A DNA stretch of 64,000 nucleotides from Treponemataceae bacterium (GTDB lineage Bacteria > Spirochaetota > Spirochaetia > Treponematales > Rectinemataceae): NCBI GenBank assembly GCA_963678065.2, contig CAXXVZ010000005.1, positions 416,001 through 480,000 on the forward strand, read 5' to 3'. Under the pieces are notes generated by a model. It worked only from the letters and a program-made list of their open reading frames with translations. It made no database searches and was not told the DNA's origin. A program made the translations under genes and the position numbers. This document shows positions 59,558 through 64,000 of the stretch, piece after piece; positions within the stretch are counted from its first letter, which is position 1; each line of letters opens with the position of its first letter.

Positions 59558-59605
59558 GATCTAGTGATATCGCTAGATCATACTATTCTCATACACAACG
59601 CGCAA
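59558..59605 (-). promoter_or_regulatory. Promoter and palindromic operator of the arsR-dsrE-tusA operon
   Basis: Minus strand TTGCGC-N17-TATGAT (59605-59577). The 22-bp palindrome GATCTAGtGATATCgCTAGATC (59558-59579) overlaps the -10 and predicted TSS. Confidence 0.78.
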
Positions 59606-59755
59606 GAGGCGGGCGAGCCGGATTCTGCAACGAGGCGCCGCGGCGGCGGCCCGCTTTGGTCCTTTACGAATCGAGCAAAAAGGTATTAAACTGGTTTTTC
59701 CCAGAAAGTTTGATGGCGACCTCGCCAGAGATAGGCGAGCCGTGGAGGATTCGAT

Positions 59756-60862
59756 ATGGACAACAACATCACCTGGTGGGCCTTCGACGAGGTCGAGGCC
59801 TTCATGAGAGCCGGATTCGAGGCGATCGGCGTCCCGCCCGAAGAGGCGGCAGTATGCGCCGACGTGCTCGTATCCGCCGACAAGCGCGGCGTCGACTCCC
59901 ACGGCGTCGGCCGCTACAAGCCGATCTACCTCGACCGCATCTGGGCCGGCACCCAGAATCCCAAGACCAACTTCGAGATCGTGAAGGAGAGCCCGACCAC
60001 TGCCGTCATCGACGGGCACAACGGTATGGGCCACTACATCGCCAAGCGGGCCATGCAGATGGCCATCGACAAGGCCGACAAGTACGGCCTCGGCATGACG
60101 GTCGTGCGCAACTCGACCCACTACGGCGCGGCGTTCTACTATCCCAACATGGCCATCCAGCGCGGCATGATCGGCATGACGACGACGAGCGCCCGGCCCT
60201 CCATCGCGCCGACCTGGGGCGTCGAGCCCATGCTCGGGACCAACCCCATGACCTGGGGCATGCCCTCCGACGAGCCCTTCCCCTTCATGCCCGACTACGC
60301 CACCTCGGTCACCCAGCGCGGCAAGCTCGAGCTCTACGACCGCCTCGGCAAGGACCTCCCCGACGGCTGGGTCATCGGCGAGGACGGCAAATACCGCCAC
60401 GACACCAAGCAGGTTCTCGTCGATCTGACCAAGGACAAGGCGGCCCTCACTCCCTTGGGCGGCCTCGGCGAAGACCTCGGCGGATACAAGGGCTACGGCA
60501 ACTCCATGGTCGTCGAACTCCTCTCCTCAGCCCTCTCTCAGGCCAACTTCATGAAGGCCCTCATGGGAGTCGGGAAAGACGGCAAGCCGACTTCCATCGA
60601 GCTCGGCCACAGCTTCCTCGCCATCAAGATCGACGCGTTCTGCGACCTGGAAGCCTTCAAGCGTCAGGTCGGCGAGATATCCCGCCAGCTCCGCGCCTCC
60701 AAGAAGGCCCCCGGCGCCGAGCGCATCTGGACCCCCGGCGAGAAAGAGTACGAGATATCCCTCTTCCGCAAGGACAAGGGCGTGCCCTTCAACGATCCGC
60801 TCAGGAACGCCTTCCGCGCGGTCAAAGAGAAACTGGGATTGCCGCACGAACTTCCGTTCTGA
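59756..60862 (+). CDS. Ldh_2 family NAD(P)-dependent oxidoreductase (malate/L-sulfolactate dehydrogenase type)
   Basis: AD.RGVDSHG, DG.NG.GH, RNSTHYG, GTNP, D.ATS, GYKGYG and PGEKE. Confidence 0.9.
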   Translation: MDNNITWWAFDEVEAFMRAGFEAIGVPPEEAAVCADVLVSADKRGVDSHGVGRYKPIYLDRIWAGTQNPKTNFEIVKESPTTAVIDGHNGMGHYIAKRAMQMAIDKADKYGLGMTVVRNSTHYGAAFYYPNMAIQRGMIGMTTTSARPSIAPTWGVEPMLGTNPMTWGMPSDEPFPFMPDYATSVTQRGKLELYDRLGKDLPDGWVIGEDGKYRHDTKQVLVDLTKDKAALTPLGGLGEDLGGYKGYGNSMVVELLSSALSQANFMKALMGVGKDGKPTSIELGHSFLAIKIDAFCDLEAFKRQVGEISRQLRASKKAPGAERIWTPGEKEYEISLFRKDKGVPFNDPLRNAFRAVKEKLGLPHELPF

Positions 60863-60895
60863 TGAGCGATGGTCTCACATGAGCGATGGCCTCAT
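60862..60895. repeat. 17-bp imperfect tandem duplication between convergent genes
   Basis: ATGAGCGATGGTCTCAC / ATGAGCGATGGCCTCAT. Confidence 0.7.
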
Positions 60896-60929
60896 CGCGA
60901 CAGTACCGCAATCGATGAAGCGTCAATAA

Positions 60930-61901
60930 TCAGATCTCGCCGGCCCTGACGCAGGCGACGAAGCGCCGCGGCTCCAGCTCGCGCAGCTCGGGGTCGGCGA
61001 GAGAACAGGCGTCCACTGCGTAGGGGCAGCGGGGGGCGAAGCGGCAGCCCGGCTTCGGTTCGAGGGGGGAGCCTATTTCTCCCTTCAGGATGATCTGCCC
61101 GTCGACGGCCTCCGGATCGATCCGGGGAATGGCCGAGATCAGGGCCTTCGTGTAGGGATGGAGCTGCCGCCTGAAAAGCTCCCTCGACGGCGCCATCTCC
61201 ACGATCTGCCCGAGGTACATGACCGCGATGTCGTCGGAGATGTGTTTGACGACGGACATGTCGTGGGTGACGAACATGTAGGTGAGGCCGAGTTTGTCCT
61301 GCAGATCCTGCATGAGGTTGAGTATCTGCGCCTGCACGGACACGTCGAGGGCCGAAACCGGCTCGTCGCAGACGACGAATTTCGGCTCGAGGGCGAGGGC
61401 GCGGGCGACTCCGATCCTCTGCCGGCGCCCGCCGTCCAGTTCGTGCGGATAGGCGTCGTAGAGCCTGTCGGTCAGCTCGACGGTCTCCATGAGCCTGCGC
61501 ACCCTGGATTCCAGCTCTTTCCGCCCGTGCACCCTGCGGTGGATGACGAGGGGCTCGCCGATGATCCTGGAGACCGTCATGCGGGGATCCAGCGAGGCGT
61601 AGGGATCCTGGAAGATGATCTGCATCTGCTCGCGCAAGGCCCGCAATCGCGCGGGGCCCGCCTTCGTGACGTCGACGCCCTGGAAGCTCACCGTGCCGGA
61701 TGTGGGCTCGGTCAGGCGGAGGATGGCCCTGCCCGTCGTGGTCTTGCCGCAGCCGGATTCGCCCACGACGCCGATGGTCCGCCCCTCTTCGATGTCGAAG
61801 GAGAGGTTGTCGACGGCGTGGAGCTGGCCTTTCGGAGTGTGGAAGTATTTTTTCAGATTCCGCACCCGGAGGATGGGCACGGTGCCGGATGTCTCACTCA
61901 T
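60930..61901 (-). CDS. Peptide ABC ATPase (OppF/DppF-like)
   Basis: GESGCGKT, LDGGRRQR, DEPVSALD and CRFAPRCP. Confidence 0.93.
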   Translation of the reverse strand: MSETSGTVPILRVRNLKKYFHTPKGQLHAVDNLSFDIEEGRTIGVVGESGCGKTTTGRAILRLTEPTSGTVSFQGVDVTKAGPARLRALREQMQIIFQDPYASLDPRMTVSRIIGEPLVIHRRVHGRKELESRVRRLMETVELTDRLYDAYPHELDGGRRQRIGVARALALEPKFVVCDEPVSALDVSVQAQILNLMQDLQDKLGLTYMFVTHDMSVVKHISDDIAVMYLGQIVEMAPSRELFRRQLHPYTKALISAIPRIDPEAVDGQIILKGEIGSPLEPKPGCRFAPRCPYAVDACSLADPELRELEPRRFVACVRAGEI

Positions 61902-61911
61902 GGTTTTGTCC

Positions 61912-62904
61912 TCATGATTTCTTCCCCATGCTGTTTTCGATTATTCCCTCATACATGAGGCACTCCACCCTTCTGCCCTCCCTTTCGACCGGCGCCGGGG
62001 CCCGCGTCGCGCACTCTTCCCGCGCGTAGGGACAGCGGGGTCTGAAGACGCAGCCTTCGGGAAGGCAGGAGGGATCGGGCATGAGCCCCTTTATGGGCGT
62101 CAGCCTTTCGCTGTCGACTTCCATCCGCGGAATGGAATTGAACAGTCCCTCGGTGTAGGGGTGGAAGGGCTTGCGGAATATGTCCGCGAGTTTCCCGTAC
62201 TCCACGATGCGGCCGGCGTACATGATCGCCACCTTGTCGCAGACCTGGGCCACGACGCCGAGATCGTGGCTGATGAGGATGAGCGTGGTGCCGAGCCTTG
62301 AGCGCAGGTCCTTGATCATGCGGAGCACCTGGGCCTGGATGGTCACGTCGAGGGCGGTCGTGGGTTCGTCCGCGAGAAGGAGCCTGGGGTTGCAGGCGAG
62401 CGCGGCTGCGATGACGACGCGCTGCTTCATGCCGCCGGAGAACTGGTGGGGGTAGTCGCCCGCCCTCTGGGCCGGAATGCCGACGAGTTCGAGCATCGCG
62501 CCGGCCTTCTCCAAGGCCTCATTGTGGGGAAGCTTGTCGTGGATCTCGTAGACCTCGGCGATCTGCTCGCCGACCGTGAAGATCGGGTTCAGCGAGGTCA
62601 TCGGGTCCTGGAAAATCATCGAAATCCGGTTGCCCCGGATTTTCCGCATCTCCTCCTCGGAGGCGGCCGTGAGGTCCCGGCCCTCGAAAGAGATGGTTCC
62701 GCCCGCGATCTGCCCCGTGATCTTGGGCAAGAGACGCAGTATGGAGAAGGCGGTAGTCGTCTTTCCGGCGCCGGTCTCGCCGACGAGGCCGAGGCTCTCT
62801 CCCTGGGCGAGGTCGAGGCTGACGCCGTTTACCGCGCGGACAACCTCGTCCTCGGTGACGTAGTGAACGTGCAGATCGCGAATGGACAGCTGCGCTTCGG
62901 ACAT
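61912..62904 (-). CDS. Peptide ABC ATPase (OppD/DppD-like)
   Basis: [16 protein letters not shown] and [14 protein letters not shown]. Confidence 0.93.
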   Translation of the reverse strand: MSEAQLSIRDLHVHYVTEDEVVRAVNGVSLDLAQGESLGLVGETGAGKTTTAFSILRLLPKITGQIAGGTISFEGRDLTAASEEEMRKIRGNRISMIFQDPMTSLNPIFTVGEQIAEVYEIHDKLPHNEALEKAGAMLELVGIPAQRAGDYPHQFSGGMKQRVVIAAALACNPRLLLADEPTTALDVTIQAQVLRMIKDLRSRLGTTLILISHDLGVVAQVCDKVAIMYAGRIVEYGKLADIFRKPFHPYTEGLFNSIPRMEVDSERLTPIKGLMPDPSCLPEGCVFRPRCPYAREECATRAPAPVEREGRRVECLMYEGIIENSMGKKS

Positions 62905-62915
62905 GGCCTTCTCCT

Positions 62916-63881
62916 CTATCTCTTGAGCTTCGGATCGAGGGCATCCCTGAGGCCGTCCCCGATGAGGTTGTAGGCGAGAATGACCGTCATGATGGCCAGT
63001 CCGGGAAAGATCAGAGTGTGGGGAGCGCTGATGAGGTAGGCCCGCGCCTCGGAGAGCATGTTTCCCCACTCGGGCGAGGGGGGCTGGATGCCGAGTCCGA
63101 GGAAGGAGAGGGAAGTCGCCGACAGGATGGACTGGGCGATGCCGAGCGTCGCCTGGACGATGACGGGGGCCATGCAGTTGGGCAGGATGTGAAGGCCGAT
63201 TATCCGGAGGTCCCGGGCCCCGAGGGCGCGCGCAGCTTCCACGAACTCCTGGTCCTTCACGGTGAGCACCGAGGCCCGCACCAGCCGGATGTAGACGGGG
63301 ATCGAAGTCACGCCGATGGCCAGGAGAAGGTTGCGGAAGCTGGGGCCTAGGGCGGCCACGATGGCCAGGGCGAAGAGGATGTTGGGTATGGCGAGGAGGA
63401 TGTCGGCCCCGCGCATGATGACTGTCTCGATTTTCCCGCCGTAGTAGCCTGCGATGGCGCCCAGCGCGCCTCCGAAGAAGACGGCGAAGGCCACGGTGGT
63501 GAAACCGATGATCATGGAGACCCTCGCGCCGTGCACGATGCGGCCAAGGATGTCCCGCCCGAAGTTGTCGGCCCCGAAAATGTAGAGATGGGCTGTCTCC
63601 GTCCCGTTCCAGTCGACCGGCCTCGTCTCTCCGACCTTGGCGAAGGTGTTGGATATCTGGTTGCCGGTGATGAAGTCGTAGGGGTACAGGAGATCGGCGA
63701 AAAGCGCCATAAGGATGTAGAGAATGACGACGACCGCTCCCGCGACCGCCAGCTTGTTCTTTCTGAAGCGGAACCAGAACTCCTCGAAGGGGCCCCTCCT
63801 CCTGCGCGCAACTACGGAGAAGTCGTGCGCGGAAGCAGAAGAGCCGAGCGGCGAGCCGGACCTAGCTGTTGACTGCGGCAT
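62916..63881 (-). CDS. Peptide ABC permease (OppC/DppC-like)
   Basis: FGADNFGRD, EFVEAARALG, SFLGLG..PEWG and GDGLRDALDP. Confidence 0.93.
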   Translation of the reverse strand: MPQSTARSGSPLGSSASAHDFSVVARRRRGPFEEFWFRFRKNKLAVAGAVVVILYILMALFADLLYPYDFITGNQISNTFAKVGETRPVDWNGTETAHLYIFGADNFGRDILGRIVHGARVSMIIGFTTVAFAVFFGGALGAIAGYYGGKIETVIMRGADILLAIPNILFALAIVAALGPSFRNLLLAIGVTSIPVYIRLVRASVLTVKDQEFVEAARALGARDLRIIGLHILPNCMAPVIVQATLGIAQSILSATSLSFLGLGIQPPSPEWGNMLSEARAYLISAPHTLIFPGLAIMTVILAYNLIGDGLRDALDPKLKR

Positions 63882-64000
63882 TCTTGCCACCTCTCCGGAA
63901 TACTGTGCGTTTCGTCAGGTACTGCGCCTTGATGCGGGGATCGATCAGAGCGTACAGGATGTCGACGACGAGGTTCATGAGGGCGAATACGATCGCCACG
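63862..64000 (-). CDS. Peptide ABC permease (OppB/DppB-like), C-terminal fragment
   Basis: Manual translation gives ..MNLVVDILYALIDPRIK.., with the stop at 63862-63864. Confidence 0.85.
   Translation of the reverse strand, partial: VAIVFALMNLVVDILYALIDPRIKAQYLTKRTVFRRGGKNAAVNS

Noticed and set aside
60862..60895. 17-bp tandem repeat as a possible CRISPR or att site
   Set aside because: Only two adjacent copies with no spacer, and no cas or integrase gene nearby.

Overview
GC-rich bacterial chromosomal window, most likely from an anaerobic spirochaete. That assignment is an inference from an Msp/MOSP-like outer-sheath gene fragment at the left edge and the general gene repertoire. It is mostly metabolic and transport genes: two aldehyde:ferredoxin oxidoreductases (W/Mo-pterin family) with an Fe-S partner and ThiS/MoaD, three tandem Wzi-like beta-barrel genes, a yitJ-metH-DGC-mtnN methionine/SAM block, two Opp/Dpp-type ABC systems, a LacI-controlled sugar ABC locus, ilvD, znuACB, an HD-GYP regulator, MFS/TetR, ribA and mntH-usp. 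A small, lower-GC islet at about 3.8-6.5 kb holds a frameshifted nucleotidyltransferase toxin/antitoxin-like pair, an IS remnant and an AAA-DUF4143 ATPase. The best candidate for an undescribed system is a compact operon at 56.1-59.6 kb: ArsR (BigR/SqrR-like Cys positions), DsrE2, TusA, a NarI/DsrM-like cytochrome b and a DsrK/HdrD-like Fe-S protein. It looks like a persulfide-inducible sulfane-sulfur reduction module, with no dsrAB or dsrC in this window. Other patterns are recurrent leaderless-type promoters, in-frame Ala/Gly/Pro-rich insertions in conserved enzymes, several clean operator palindromes and a fungal-type purine phosphoribosyltransferase. No rRNA, tRNA or CRISPR array was seen. 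All family assignments come from motif recognition, not database searches.
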